DNA of 62,954 nt, the filler included, from Catajapyx aquilonaris (taxonomy: Eukaryota): NCBI GenBank assembly GCA_000934665.2. It is 3 parts of 3 records of this genome, joined end to end, with 100 filler letters (N's around TTAATTAATTAA, not from the genome) between each part and the next. Parts side by side here need not be neighbours in the genome. Positions count along the whole stretch, not along the records: positions 1 to 21,581 come from KZ539500.1; positions 21,682 to 42,311 come from JYFJ02006230.1; 1 more part is not named here. One strand, written 5' to 3'. Every line of letters starts with the position of its first letter. Within the stretch, counting starts at the first letter, position 1. The notes under the pieces are model-generated. The model made no database searches. It was not told where the DNA came from and saw only the letters and a list, made by a program, of their open reading frames with translations. A program made the translations under genes and the position numbers. Positions 10,661 through 24,154 of the stretch are shown piece by piece.

Positions 10661-13600
10661 TTTCAAGGGTATCTGCCTCTCTCTCTGTCCTGCACATCGC
10701 TTGGAGTTCGGGTGTGGATTTCCGTATGCTGGTTCTTCTCGCTAGCCTGTGGGTGTTCTGGTTGTTTGGAGGAGAATATTCTAGTCACTTGGACGGATTT
10801 CTCAAAGTACCGCGTTGCATAGTGTAATATCTAAATTTAATATTGAGAATTTGTCGTCTGAGATGGGCAGGGGTGGGGGGCGGGACGGGTTGCAATATGG
10901 GTTTATTTTTACAAGTTTAAATTTAGTTCATATTTTGGGTTAGCTTGTGGTTCCCGTCATCGCTGACTACCCCTTATAGGGAAATGTGATGGTGATGATG
11001 ATGATGATGATGTATTTTTGTTACACCCCCCAAAAATGGACTTAGCCGCCTTTGATCTCAGACCCCTCACATGTCACGTGTTGCCTTCCCTGACGAAAGG
11101 TTTTTGCCCACCTTGCAACTGTTCTATACGACAATGCATGTTCTCCAGAAGAGCCTGTCAGAACCGTTCATGACAAATTTTCCATTTTTAAACAGCACTT
11201 TTGCTCAAATTTGGAAAACATCACCTTTAGACCAGTTGATCGCAACAGCTCACGTTATACTTTGTGCTGCGCATGCGCATATTGAGGTGGGACGATCCCG
11301 TTATGTCCTGATGTTAGATCAAGACCCAGCCTATCTGTGACATAAGCGGTGTAAACTTCCTACATTTAACTGATATTCTAGAGATGTGTTGCCACTATTT
11401 TATTTACAGCCCTCGTAATATGACCTTGTTGTATTCTTTGTTAAAAACATGCCAGTGGTAATCCTCAATGCTGAGCTTGCTTCGTGTTCAATCTATCTTG
11501 TGACAATGGGGTAAACTCCAAAACTGAAGCCACGAGTCTTGCCTTTCATTCGTGGGCCAAAGCACGCATGCGCATGCATCGCTGTACACCCTGCATGGTT
11601 GTACTCAGACACTGCCTCACCTTGTAGGTCCGTATGAGAGTCGAAGGCCTGAGATCCTTCTTCAAAGTGCACTTAACAACATTATCAGTTAGGTGCTGAG
11701 GCGAGAGCCTGAATCGATATGCAGAAAAGGGCAGAGGCGCTTATTTGGAGACGAAGCGAACGAGATCTAGGAGCTATAGACATGACTTCCAACTCGATCC
11801 ATTTTCACCCCCACACTCCCCTACTCCCAAATAAATCGGTTCTTTCTCCCCCTGATTCACGCGATCTCCAGCCATGCATTTTTGGAGTTGCACTAGAATC
11901 TGTTGTTGTTGCAAAAAGAGAGAGAACACATCGATCGAGGACATGCAGAGAGTTTTCTTGCAAATCCCCGGAAAAGCTCCTCAGATTCTAAGCCACGGCC
12001 ACACAGGATTATCCTCCCAGCCTTATCCGATTGGCTGGCATCTATCCACATCAAACGACAACCATACACACATGTAGGCCCAGGGTATCCCCATATGAAA
12101 TTATTGCAAATTGCCTCCATTGAAGCGCCCTGGACGCTAGACTTCCCCCAAAAAATAGCTATAATACAGGCGACAAAAATTTAGATGGGAGCAGCAAGCC
12201 ATATGGGTGCCAAAAAAATGACTGTTCAATAACTGCAAAGAGTTGCGTCAACTTGTGCGCTGAACGCGACCACACGTTCAGCAGTTTCAAAACTCGGAAG
12301 TAATGACCACAAAATGATAGCTAGTATATGAGTGATTTATGGGTTCCAAGGCCGGCCCAGGGCTAGTATACGTTGATCGAAGATGATCTGCTGCAGTGCT
12401 GCTGGGGATGACTCCTGCTTCCTCCAAAGGGGCTTAGCAGCCATGTTTTCCACGACTTAGCGACAGCTCAATGCAACTTGGCACACTTTGAGATAGGATT
12501 TTATATGTAGGGTGAAGTAGGGGCCTACTACAGTGCAGTGACACTGTTTATAAGAGCAAATAAAAAAGGCGCAACTTTTATTGCTTTGCACATTGACTTA
12601 AACGAAAATGTCCCAACTTGGATATAGGAATTACCGGGCACATCATTCGTGTATTTTGCAACCTTGAATCATTTGCAATAGCCTGATGTCGTGGGAAGAG
12701 ACATTCAGTTCATAAAGTCAGCTGGAAGTACCCTGTGATTTCACTGTCTTTTCTAGTTTAAAATTCCCAGCGAGAGGTGGTATAGGCCTAGGAGCATGGA
12801 CTAAAGGGGCGCGGACGCCCGCCGCGCCGCGCCGCAGAGGAGGTGGTTTTTCAATACGGTTTCTCAATTATAGGTCTACACATAATTACCTAAATTTAAA
12901 TAATATTGTAAAAAAACACGGGCAACACAAGGTTATTCAACTGTTTAGAACAAAAACACCCGCGAGAATATTATTTTGTACGTAAAGAGTTGCCTTTGAT
13001 GGTATACACAAAGCACTTTCGCACAGGAAAGTAGAGCAGTTGACAACATATTTACAAATAATTTATTCATTCCGTGAAAAGTTAAGCTCTCTTTTTGTGT
13101 TTGATTTTCTTGGCCTACATCATAATTATATTCCCTGGTTAGAGTCGCGTCACAAATGCCCCAGATTTTGCCTGATATCGAACCATTAGCGTCGATGCCA
13201 CATGAAAAGTGGATAACCACCTATTGTAAGATATAGAAAGTGTTCATTTCTATCTACACGGTAGAGCTGAAGGCTAGCATATATGAGTGGTCAGGTAATT
13301 ATTTACTCGTATGTTGGATTTCTTGTTAGTTTTGGGGCTTTGGATGATGGATGAATGGTAGTAGCTTGTAGCAGAAAGATATTCGTTTAAAAATAAGAAC
13401 AGTCAAGATATGGGTAATGTCAAGGACCACCCAGTATGGTCAGACGAAAGATAGTAAGTTATTACTCGTATGATACATGCACGTAATTATGTCCGCGATA
13501 GGTTATGTTGTTTTATTATTTTTGGTTTCCCGAGCTGCTGCCTTTCTTGATTTTTGTATGGTATATATATGTACGTAATTTTCAGTTCATATTTTGTGTA

Positions 13601-16600
13601 AACTTGCTCATTTCCATTTCGAAATTTCGTATATCAATTAGAAAAACGATATTTTCGAAGGACTCTCCAGATATTCCCCAGAGTAGTTTCGTCCTGATTC
13701 CTTTTTTAGTGGAGGAGGCGAGGGGAGACTATACGTGACGTGATGTTTCTAGCATGCACAAGTCTACAGAAAGGTTTGGATTATGCAAAAAGTAGATACT
13801 CCTTCCCCGATTTCGGAATTATTCATGAGCTGTATCGGAGCTTTTTGAAAGCGATCGTTACAGGTTCCTTCGGAAAGAAAATGTTCCAAGTCGCTAAAAT
13901 GGTGGATGTCCACCTCTTGACTTGCGTGAGAATGTACTATTCGCCGGTACGACAACACCGTTGTGTAGTAATAACACATGTAACGGACATGTGATGTATT
14001 GGGAACATGGCGTGACGCAGGGTCGTTCTCAGACAGGCATGGGTTTTAAAGGGGGACCTGGTTCTAGAATGATTTTTTACGGGCTGGTGGGGGTGGATAG
14101 GTTGGACATGTGCTGGGCAGCAATTTGTGATGGAAGTCGCCATCGATTATGGTTAGAGCCGATTCAATTGGCTGTCTGGTAATGAGAACGCGGCGGCGGC
14201 AGCAGCACACAATTCCGATCGATCAGCTGCAGGAAGCACAGGAAGAGCACATACTCCTGCAGGACCAGCATCACTACGCAACAAACATTTTGTATCATTT
14301 CAGGTCATTCTAAATCAACACACATTTACACTGCCTTAACATCTCTAAGTCAATGTCATTCGAGATTTGCATACATCGGATACATCTTGTCTATCCCAAT
14401 AGCGCCAGGCGTAACGTCGTGTCGGTTAATAGCAGTGCCCTTGAGCAGTGCTCACAAAAACCATCTTTCCATACCCAAACACTGATTTGCAAAAAAAACG
14501 ACACATCAAGACAAGGGTAATCAATGATGATGATGATAATTTCACTTCTGCGGAGTCAATTGCACAAACATTTATTATTTCATTCACGAGACTGGATCTT
14601 TTCCTTACACCCGGGCCCACTAGCTAGGGAGGGGTGGTGGAAGGGGAGGTACAGTACAGGACGGTATAGGTGGGTATAGGTGCGATATCAACACCGGCCT
14701 ATTTAGTGACTTCCCAGGGTGGCTAGTCTATCGGAAATCATACATGATAGGAAGACCGTTAAACTCTGCACGGCCCCACGTCTGATTGGAACCGAACACA
14801 GGATCTTTCTTCCCGTGGGCCCCACATTTACAGCTCCGCCACTCCGTCTGCCAGCAAATATGTGTCTTTGCTCCACTATAATATTACCGTAAGTGCGACT
14901 TTGTGACATATTTTCAGGTTTTTCATCAGCAGAAATGGTTTAATATTTTCCCAACAAATGTCTTATTTAGCTTTGTAGGCCCACCCTCATCCTTCCTCTA
15001 CATATCCGTGTGCAGATCACAATGTTTACTTTATCCGTTACAAAAACGTTTACATTCACACTAACTTTGTGACAGTGTTCATATCCTTACGGTTAAACAT
15101 GGGAAGCAGAAGATATTTATAACAAATTAACCCCACACAAATAACTCTTTATTTTTAAACAAATCATAACATTTCCAATATTATTTAAAGAATAATTGAT
15201 CATTTATAATGTAAATTATGAATTCAATTATATTATGATATTATAATTATATTATATAGAAGCGCTACATGTGGGCCCAACATGGCCGCCGGCGACCATG
15301 TTGGGTCCCCCAATGTAGCGCATCCCTTTTGTACCTATAATGTTCAGCGTAGTCCGGTAGGGTCGCCACATGATTGCTCCGTGAAAGGTCTCATGGCGCT
15401 CTCAGGTGCGCACCTCATGCAAAACGCCCCGGCAGGCGATAAGATAAGAACGTAGAGGTAGTGTCCGGGGGCTGCACAAGTCACAAGAGCTTTCCGAGCT
15501 GGCCTATAAGGGGCACCACATTCGTAGCCATCTACTGGCCATCTACTGGCGCTGGTTTCAGTCAGGTAGCTAGTAGAATTGTGGCGCGAGATTCGAAAAA
15601 GTGATTCGTCACAAAGTCACCCCCGCTTACGGTATTTTTGATGAGTTTACCAGCGGTCGAGTCGCTCTGCTCGACTGTTCGCAGTTTTAGAGCCACTTTG
15701 ATAGGTGATACTTTAATGGCGTAAAAAATAATTTACTTCAATCTCCATTGAGGTATATTTTGTGATAATTCGAAAATGAAAACTCCAGATGGGTATCAGT
15801 ATTTATAATAATGATTTTAATCCGCAGTTAATCACTTTTTTCCAACAAAAAAACCATGGCCTCATCACAATATCTAGTGCACCTCACGTAATAGTGATTC
15901 ATCATAAGAAGATCATGAGTTATAACCGCATGCCATTTTATTACATTTACATTTTACATGGTGACCCAAAAGTCAGGTGACATAGGAAATTGTTTTGTGG
16001 GTTGGCACAATATATTATTGTCGGGTTGTCAACATCCCTCGTCCAAGAGCTCAACCTTTACTGACTGTCAACCAACGACGTTGAGATACATAGACCGCTA
16101 AACTCCCTTCCGCCAGCGTCATCAACTGAAGTCGCAGGAAACTTTGGCCGCCATGACAGTTCCGGAAAAAAACATCGTAATTCAAATCATTGTCCAAATG
16201 GTGTTTGCTTGGGTGGTTTTCTGGTACTTCTGGCGGGTGTCTGTAGACTTGACCTTGGCGGATATATGCTTGGATTCTCGGGGACTCCCGTAAGTCTGCG
16301 GGCCCGCAAGTCCGTCCAAGATGGCGACGGATGCGGGACCCCAGAAAAGTGGAATACATATGGTAGCCTGTAGCAGGTTATTCTTTATTTTATTTTATTT
16401 TATTTTATTTTATTTTATTTTATTTACCAATGCTTAACCTACCGGCTCTTTAGGGGCAACTCTAACCTTTACAACAAATGGAAATTCACTTGTTATCGTT
16501 CATTTGCGAGGACTAACTCAAAATAATTCACCCACGGACAAAAAGGCCGCATGAGGCTTAGGAAACAATATTCTCTTTCCAAATGCATTTTTAATTTAAC

Positions 16601-18552
16601 GACAACGGTTAAACATGCATCCATTGCTTCGATGATGTAAGCAATTTACTGGACACGTCTCACACGTAAGGAAGATGCGGAGCAAAATGTCACAATCTAT
16701 CATTTGCAGCATTTTCGAATAAAATGTCCTCTTTCCAAACTGGAAAAAAGCTGCACCCAGCTTGTCACACCTTTCCAGCCCAAATCTCCAAAGTGAACAT
16801 CTTCCAGCGTTCCATCTCCACGCAAATGGGTCTCTCAAAGTGGATTTTTGGAAAACGCTGCCTTCTTTCGCTTTCCATATGTGAGCTTAGCACGCTTCCC
16901 CCGGCGTCATTCCAGTTGTCGCCACTTCCAATCACGGGCACGGGGATCGAAAGAGACGATTTCCTCACAATTGAGCACTGTTTTAGGAGCCCCCTTAGAT
17001 AAATTTTTCACCAACATCAATGAAAATTATTGGTTCCCACTTGAGGACAATGAGTTAGGGAGAGGAGGCAAAAAGAGGCATCTTTACCTGGGAAGGGGTG
17101 GTAGGTTGGAAATATAATATATATTCATGACGCTTATTGCGCATGGTAAGGTTGATGGGGGTTAGCGAAGTACAGCCAATCTTTTTGGTCATATCTCATT
17201 TATTGTTCCTTCAAATTCGGATCTAACTGCATGAAAATTCGTCCCATAAGAGCCCACCGCCCTCAATCCGGTTTGTACGCCACAAATTATTGGGCTTGGT
17301 TGTACACTCGCGCTTGTAAATGTTTCATCAGGCTTGTCGTTCTGTCTGGTCGAAACGGGTTAAAAATTACTTCCTGTTTCTTCCGAGCCCTATTGATTTC
17401 TAGGTATCTTTGTCAAGATATTAGGCTTGTCGGATACAAAATCTGAAGTATACAATAGCGTATGCCAAAGACCGTGCAGTTATGATGCAACTACTGTACT
17501 TCATCGTTAAGGTAATCGTTGTATGCCTACACATTGTCATTACTTACGATGATATAATACTTTAATACAACTGACCACATTTCCCTAAACACAAAACGTT
17601 TTGATAAAACAAATGTGTAATATTTGGCCAAAGCCTTTGGTAAAACATATTCGCGAAATAGGACACACGAAACGTCGAGTTGAAGAGCCGAAGAAAACCA
17701 CAAGTACGTACTCTATGACATACTGTACAGTACAGTGTACATAACGTACTATGACATGCAAGAAGATTGTCATAACTGTTTATGTTTGTCTGTGTTTATG
17801 TGTTGGCTATCCTGGGCGCTGCCAGGTTACCGTGGTTGTTTATTTGGCGTTATTCCGGAATCAACAACACCATGATCACCGGTCACGGTCGCGGTCCCTT
17901 GGTCGCAGGGTCCAGGTCTCGGGAGGCGGTCGGGGGTGGGAGGTGCGTTGCGTTGTCTGGTGAAGGTGAAACGGTGTTTATTTGGGGTGATTGGGGCAAG
18001 GGGGGACGGGAGGAGCGGATGAGGCAGTGGCCACGACCCGGACAACACTCCCACGGGCGGTCAAGCCAAAACTGTATAAATAATGCACTTTTTCCGACTT
18101 TTAGGGGGGGGGGGAATTATACTGTATTTTCGTTTGATCTGCTGCCATCCCCGTTCAAGTGAACCTATCAACCACCAAAATATACTGTACGTTCCCATAA
18201 TGAATTTTCTCCTCTTTCTAGTACACTACGCCAATTGTCTCGAATTGCAACAGGAAAGGGGGTTCTATAACGTGTTGGGCCGTTGGTATTTTGTGTGCTT
18301 GTCCGGTCGGGAACAGGTAGAATCGTACGATCATCGCAGCTTGAAATATTATTATACCGAATGTCGTCTTAGAAAAAAAATAGCGTGAAATAGCGAGGAG
18401 GAAATACTGTCGGGTGCGCAAGGAGGGGGCATTTTCTGTCGGATTCCGGGTCCCTTGTTCATCTGTAGCATTTATTTGCATAATCATCGTCTTTCGCAAT
18501 AATATTAATGATGCATGTTTTTCCGCGCATAGGCGGCAGGTTCAAGACACTA

Positions 18553-18787
18553 CAGGGTGATTACAAATGAATAGTATAATTACAAATGCATATAGCTCCG
18601 TACCTATCAACCGTACATGAACGTGTTATACACCAAATGAAAGAGGAGGGTTTAAAGTTTTTTTCATGCCTTATAAATGTTCTATATGATTTCCCTTGGT
18701 CACTCGAGAAACGTCGATCCGATAGTGCAATTCCCCCCATACTCGTGCCAGCATGTCCGTTGTCACTGACTCAACCGCAGCAGATAT
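18553..18787 (-). pseudogene. 3' end of a Tc1/mariner-superfamily element (transposase C-terminus plus TIR)
   Basis: 18787-18671 translates ISAAVESVTTDMLARVWGELHYRIDVSRVTKGNHIEHL*; terminus TA-CAGGGTG at 18551-18559. Confidence 0.8.
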
Positions 18788-20298
18788 AGTGACCAGACTA
18801 ACGTAGCCCTACTGTACAACAACTTTCAGGCCACGATCGGTCTGCTATATTTTTGACACGGCAAGCTAATGAGAAAACGGATGGATTTCTTGCATATAAA
18901 AAATTCATTACATTTCCTCGCATACAGTATGTCGTTGGATTATGTCTTATAATAATTATGTAAATGACAGTGTGTCAAGAAATGTGGGAAAAATCTGCAT
19001 TTTTTGGAATGGAATGGAAATGGTCATATGTAACTTATTAGTTATTACTATATCGCTCAAACAGATCCATATTTTTGAGCGATATGTCATTGTCAATTTC
19101 TCAAAATTAAGTAAGTAGAGGGGTGGTGAGACGTCACTTCAGGAAACTTGTTTTGGGTATAAATAGGAATACTAGACTTTCTCAACAGGCTGTGGCACAT
19201 GCCGCAGAGGATTATAGATGATAACATCAAGGGCAGCAACCCTCCCAGCTTATGTTTGGGTTCAGAGCATAGTTGCCGGTTTTTCGAAAAAATTTGACTC
19301 ATTCCCCCTCCGCCTTCCCCCACTTTTGAGAGAGACATCTGCTGTGCCAAACAAAAAGCGGCCCAAAAGATGAAACACCACGTTGTGGAGCTCGGAGAAA
19401 ACACTGGGCTTTCGGTCGCGATTCCTGGGTATGCTACGAGAAAAGGACAAGGTGGTTAAATTTTACTAATTTTGATGATATATAAAGCAATGTACTTAAT
19501 GTAGAAAAATGCAGTATTTTACTGTAGTTTACCTTTACAAGCCAGGTTACGCCTGATTACAAAAAATGGGGGTGTGCCTGAAGATATACAGTTTATACAT
19601 ACGTGCACTTGTTAAAGTCGTAAAGGTCAATACGAACATGGACTGTCAATTTTACGTCGCTTCATTTGAAACGCGTATTATAAGGATTTTTGATAATAAT
19701 GGCCATTAGGAGCAACTGAAGAAATTTGGTAAAATAATAATTTGCCGACGGTAGGCCTATAGATAATATATTCATACTCCCCATATGCTTTGCATGCAGT
19801 GCGATAATTACAGAAAACGTGGGTAAAAATACGTGAAAATAAATTGAGAAAGGAGATCCTATAGAGTATAGAGGATCCTGGCATCGATTTACTGCTGCTC
19901 CTATATAGAGTCTCCTCTCTGCAGTGGCCTAGTCCATTTCTGCTTCCAGCCCTGTATAGGTCTACACTATAGCAACATTGTTTCAAAAATGTTTGCACCT
20001 CGAGTGTCTATTTCACACACTTTTTCATTCTCGTTTTATGTTATCGTCAGGCAGACATGATTTCAGCAGATGTGACAAAATCGCCCTCAGCACTTCGACA
20101 TGTCACTGCTATAACATTAGTAAATGAGTACAGAAGAGTAATGGAAATGAGGTAATATTTTAACCAGATGGGCAATCTAATAGAGGTTCCTAAGTAAACC
20201 CTCGAGTACCTAATCCTTTGATCTGATTCAGCGTGAAAATGTCCACGAAATCCTAAATCAGCGATGTAGATTGCTGGCACATACTTGGATACTTGGTA

Positions 20299-20641
20299 GT
20301 TTTTTTTATTGATACCCCGTGCTCGAGCCTTCGGCTCGTTTAGGGGGGTGGCACACCACCATCAGTTTTCTATTTTTACTTCAATCTCCGTGCAAGGGCT
20401 GGTTCAGGATATAAGGTAGGGAAAGGGATTGTTGGGGAGGGGACACTTGTGCAGGTGCATTGTCCTATGGCTTTTGGGCCATGTGCAGTCCCCCAGGAGG
20501 TTAGGTTGCCAGACACCTCCTTGGTGCAGGTCAGAGACCCTCCCGACGCAGGTGAAAGGACGTTCCCCAGGCGGGGATCGAACCTGGGGCCTTTCACTCA
20601 GCAAGCCGAGACGTTACCATCTCGGTCACCACACCTCCCCC
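20299..20641 (-). mobile_element. tRNA-derived SINE (family A)
   Basis: Head GGGGAGGTGTGGTGACCGAGATGGTAACG..GGTTCGATCCCC on minus; TSD GATA(C/T)TTGGTA at 20288-20298 and 20642-20652; homologous to 61627-61988 and 55956-56316. Confidence 0.85.
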
Positions 20642-20801
20642 GATATTTGGTATTAACTTTATTACAAAATGAAAAAGACTTGAAACCTGGAATTTGATCC
20701 TGATAATAGAACTACGCAACTTTCACCATTGTACCCTCATTACTTCTTTTATTTGAAAACGACGAGAAAAACTTTCCTCAACGGGATAAAATAATGATAA
20801 A

Positions 20802-20925
20802 GGGTGGAATTTTCGTCGTATTACTACTGTAGTTACTTCTAACTTAGCAGTACCAGTGTAATGCAATGGTAGGCTACTGCTAAGTTATCAGTAACTAGTA
20901 TAGTAGTACGACGAAAATTCCACCC
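20802..20925. mobile_element. Small Harbinger-like foldback MITE
   Basis: GGGTGGAATTTTCGTCGTA ... TACGACGAAAATTCCACCC with AAA flanks; nearly fully palindromic. Confidence 0.7.
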
Positions 20926-21581
20926 AAAGTATCGAAAGTCTTGGCGGTAAAGGAAAGACTCTTTATTTAAACCAAATAGTCTCCTTGCATCTTATAGGGT
21001 TTTTGCACACTGTCCCACAATGAGGAACAAAGTATCTATTGTTTGTAAAGTACCTATATTCATTCCGAATAAGCTTAAAGGCGGGTCACATAAATGTTGT
21101 ATTTTCGGACCCGCGGGACGAATTTTGGTCACGCACAGTTCGAAATAGTTCGAGTGACACTAATATGGTTGGAAAATCATCCATATGAATTGGTCTTAAG
21201 CTTTGTACTTAAAACTAAGCCATAGTATTTAAAATAATAATAAAAATAAGACACATTTTGTCGCGATGTATCACACTTCCTTCTATGCCCTTCAAAAAAG
21301 GTATTTTCCTAATATTAATTGCTGCGAACTATGTCGACGCAGCCACTGCCTATACTTGTTTTCCGATATTTACTGTTAACTCTGTAACATTTGGCTATTC
21401 CCCAGACCAAACAGACAGGAAGATTCACAGACACTAAATCGGGACAGTTTCGTGTTTTTTTTAAATAGGTACTACGAGCATTTAAAAAAATTAATGCTTA
21501 ATTCCACCGTATCAAATAGGTAAGGTCTGCCAGATAATGTGTCTGTATTATTCCGATCGTAATATTAGCATATTTATTAAG

Positions 21582-21681
21582 NNNNNNNNNNNNNNNNNNN
21601 NNNNNNNNNNNNNNNNNNNNNNNNNTTAATTAATTAANNNNNNNNNNNNNNNNNNNNNNNNNNNNNNNNNNNNNNNNNNNN
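21582..21681. other. Artificial contig join (N44 + TTAATTAATTAA + N44)
   Basis: Exactly 100 nt with a six-frame stop linker at 21626-21637; same construct at 42312-42411. Confidence 0.95.
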
Positions 21682-22065
21682 AAAAATTAGTTAGATCACC
21701 AGCATATTTCAAATGGCAATGACCAGTCACCAAAAGGTATCATTGTATTGGTCATTCGAGATGGCTAGGTGTACGGTGATCACTAGTCGTCGCTGGCTAC
21801 CCCGTTATAGGATTAATGCCATGATGTAATGAAAAAATGAATGAATATGATCTGTTGCACTATGTGGTGGTCAGTTCTATTCTGGGCAGTGAGCTAGTCA
21901 GCTAGTACACTTATATAATTTATTTTAGATTTGTAGTGTTGACGTGCAGCTTTTAATGAGTTTACGGTAAGCAAGCATAGCCTCCTCCAAAGTGCAATAT
22001 TGTAGTCAGTATGTGACTTGTACTTGTAATCTGCTTGCAAGGAGATATTGAGGAGCAAGTCTGTC

Positions 22066-22355
22066 CAGGGGAGGGCTGCCCCTGGCCAGAACCCCCGAAA
22101 ACTCGGGTCAATAGGAGGGGCAAGGAACCTTCACCCCTCAAAAAATCCAGGGACGGTTTGCCCCTGGTCCAGCCCACCAGAGGAGGAGCAGTGACCAACC
22201 CTAATGCACAGAGATGCAATTTTACGCCTTTGCATCTCTGGTGGGCTGGACGCGGGGCAAACCGCCCCCTTGGATTTTTTGGGAGTTAAAGAGGATCCTG
22301 CCCGTCCTATTGACCCGCGTTTGGGAAGGATCCGGCACGGGGCAGCCCGCCCCTG
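22066..22355. mobile_element. GC-rich foldback MITE (hAT-like CAGGGG ends)
   Basis: CAGGGGAGGGCTGCCCC..GGGTCAATAGGA / TCCTATTGACCCG..GGGGCAGCCCGCCCCTG arms of ~115 bp. Confidence 0.7.
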
Positions 22356-22397
22356 GACTGATCTGTAAGTGCTCATGAAGCAAAATAATTTACTAAC

Positions 22398-22585
22398 TTG
22401 ATTCTTTTAATTGCCTGGATCCACTTCTCCCGCTGCTCCTTTTCCCAGGGCCTTCCTGGGAAACTGTAGAGGATAACTCCAGGCACACCTCGGCTGTGTG
22501 TATGGTGGCACCCGACCACACAACAGTTCCTGTTTGACTTTTTCTCCAGCGTCGTTTCCCCATTGCCGTCCATAGCAGCAGCCAT
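22398..22585 (-). CDS. First exon of a THAP zinc-finger protein (probably transposon-derived; later exons not found)
   Basis: MAAAMDG..RNCCVVGCHH..ILYSFPGRPWEKEQREKWIQAIKRI matches the N-terminal half of THAP (C-x-V-x-G-C...FP...R-x2-W); GTTAGT donor at 22397. Confidence 0.7.
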
Positions 22586-23704
22586 TCGAGCACCCTACAA
22601 TTTTCAGCACCGGCCGCTAGGCGGACACACCTCCGCGTTTACTGGGTGTCAATACAATGAGCATCCAAACTGGCCCTCGGGCTGCCCCTGGGTGCACCCC
22701 CACACCATTGCATTGCATTCGGTTGGGGATGTGGTGATAAATCCGACATTACAGAACTGAGAACGCACATTCAAAGTGGCCCCGGGCCGCCCCGGGGCCG
22801 CCCCTATAGCCACGGTCCGCCCACAGCCACGATCCGTCCCGGTCCTCACTCCACACGATTTCATTGCATTTGGTTGGTGAGGCGATGTAAAATCCGACCT
22901 GACGGAAGTCACATCCGAAAAGGCCCCCGGGCCGCCCCGGGCACTCTCCCCCGCAACCTGAAGCAAACCCTGCCCCACCAAAACTTCCTGGGGGCCTGAA
23001 AAAGCCCAGGGCCAACACTCCCATAAGTCCTATGGAATCTCGAGACGTCCCGTGGATTTACAGGATGTTTTCAATCGCGCGCCTCCCGTAACTTTTCACC
23101 ACGGTGGCGTCCGTCGTCCGTATGGGAGTTACGTCACAATTTATGCCCCTGCAGACTTACGCGAGCCACCACTATTCCGGCCTAAAGAGGTAAATGTGGG
23201 GTTCCTTCACTGCTTATGGGTCTTACATTTGGTTCATATATTGCAACCCGCTGAACTGTTTATACAGGGTGTATGTTACCAAGAGCTAATAACTGAGAGC
23301 CTCCGAGTCCCCTATCCCTGCCGTATCTCTGGATTCCCGAACCTCCCCGCGGAACTGGCGACTCCCCAGACGGGCACGGCCAATTCATGGTAGCAACATA
23401 AACACGGTAAAGATACATGGGAAAAAAGCCGAGTACGTCATCAGCAACTACTCTCCCCCTCCACTCCAACCCCTCCTGAGGCAGCCCCCCCTCCTTGGAA
23501 GAAGGCCCTGCCCACATGGCCAGTGGCCAATCAGAGACCAGTTTCTTCAGAGACCCAGAATCTGACACATGGGCTTCTCTTCCTAGAAGGATGTCCGTTG
23601 GGGTCAAGGTTGGGGATTGGGTTCCCAAAATAGGCTGGATCGCCTCGGGGGCACAAACCAGCAGACAGGCAAGTCAATGGTTTGGGCTTGGTCATGGTAC
23701 ATTA

Positions 23705-24154
23705 GGAGGGGGTCAGATAAGTGAGACTCAGTAATCTACCCTCCTTGGGCTTATAATTATCAGGTGGCCTTTCTAAACTAATCCGGCTACTTTTTTAAAG
23801 ACGCACCTTTTTGCACTTTTGACAGCAAATATGAATTCTAAGGTGTCGAAAACCTATATCTTCATACCTGATTCATACCAGGCATGTCAAAAGTAGATCT
23901 AGCATGATAACTGCAACAAATTTTCTTAATATACACATGGGTTTCCATGGGCCTGTTTGTGACATGCCTGGTACGAATCGAGTACGAAAAGATAGGTTTT
24001 CGACACCTTAGAATTCATATTTGCTGTCAAAAATGCAAAAAGGTGCATCTTTAAAAAAGTAGCCGGATTAGTTTGGAATGCGCATTACCCCATCATCTGC
24101 TATAAGCCCAAGGAGGGCATATTAGGAAAGGGTCTCGCTCACCTGACCCCCTCC
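23705..24154. mobile_element. Foldback MITE with TA flanks
   Basis: TA-GGAGGGGGTCAG ... CTGACCCCCTCC-TA; ~190-bp arms including gacagcaaatatgaattctaaggtgtcgaaaacctat and its reverse complement. Confidence 0.8.

Noticed and set aside
11540..12480. Possible DIRS/Ngaro tyrosine recombinase remnant (SLR..ALFCIS..AFDSH on minus)
   Set aside because: The catalytic HxxR motif is absent and the similarity is too weak to call.
13660..14150. Possible Penelope GIY-YIG remnant (STCP, YITCP, EHF fragments on minus) with a hammerhead-like TTTCGTCC segment near 13685
   Set aside because: The motifs are scattered over frames, the CUGANGA core is missing and stem I does not pair. It needs a profile search. 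No intact hammerhead was found elsewhere by eye.
16385..16990. Possible decayed LINE 3' end with (TAAAA)n tail on minus
   Set aside because: The tail is real, but no continuous RT or zinc-knuckle motif could be read.
21075..21581. TTAA-AGGCGGGTCACA as a Kolobok end belonging to the THAP exon
   Set aside because: No matching second end was found, and an artificial join lies between the two.
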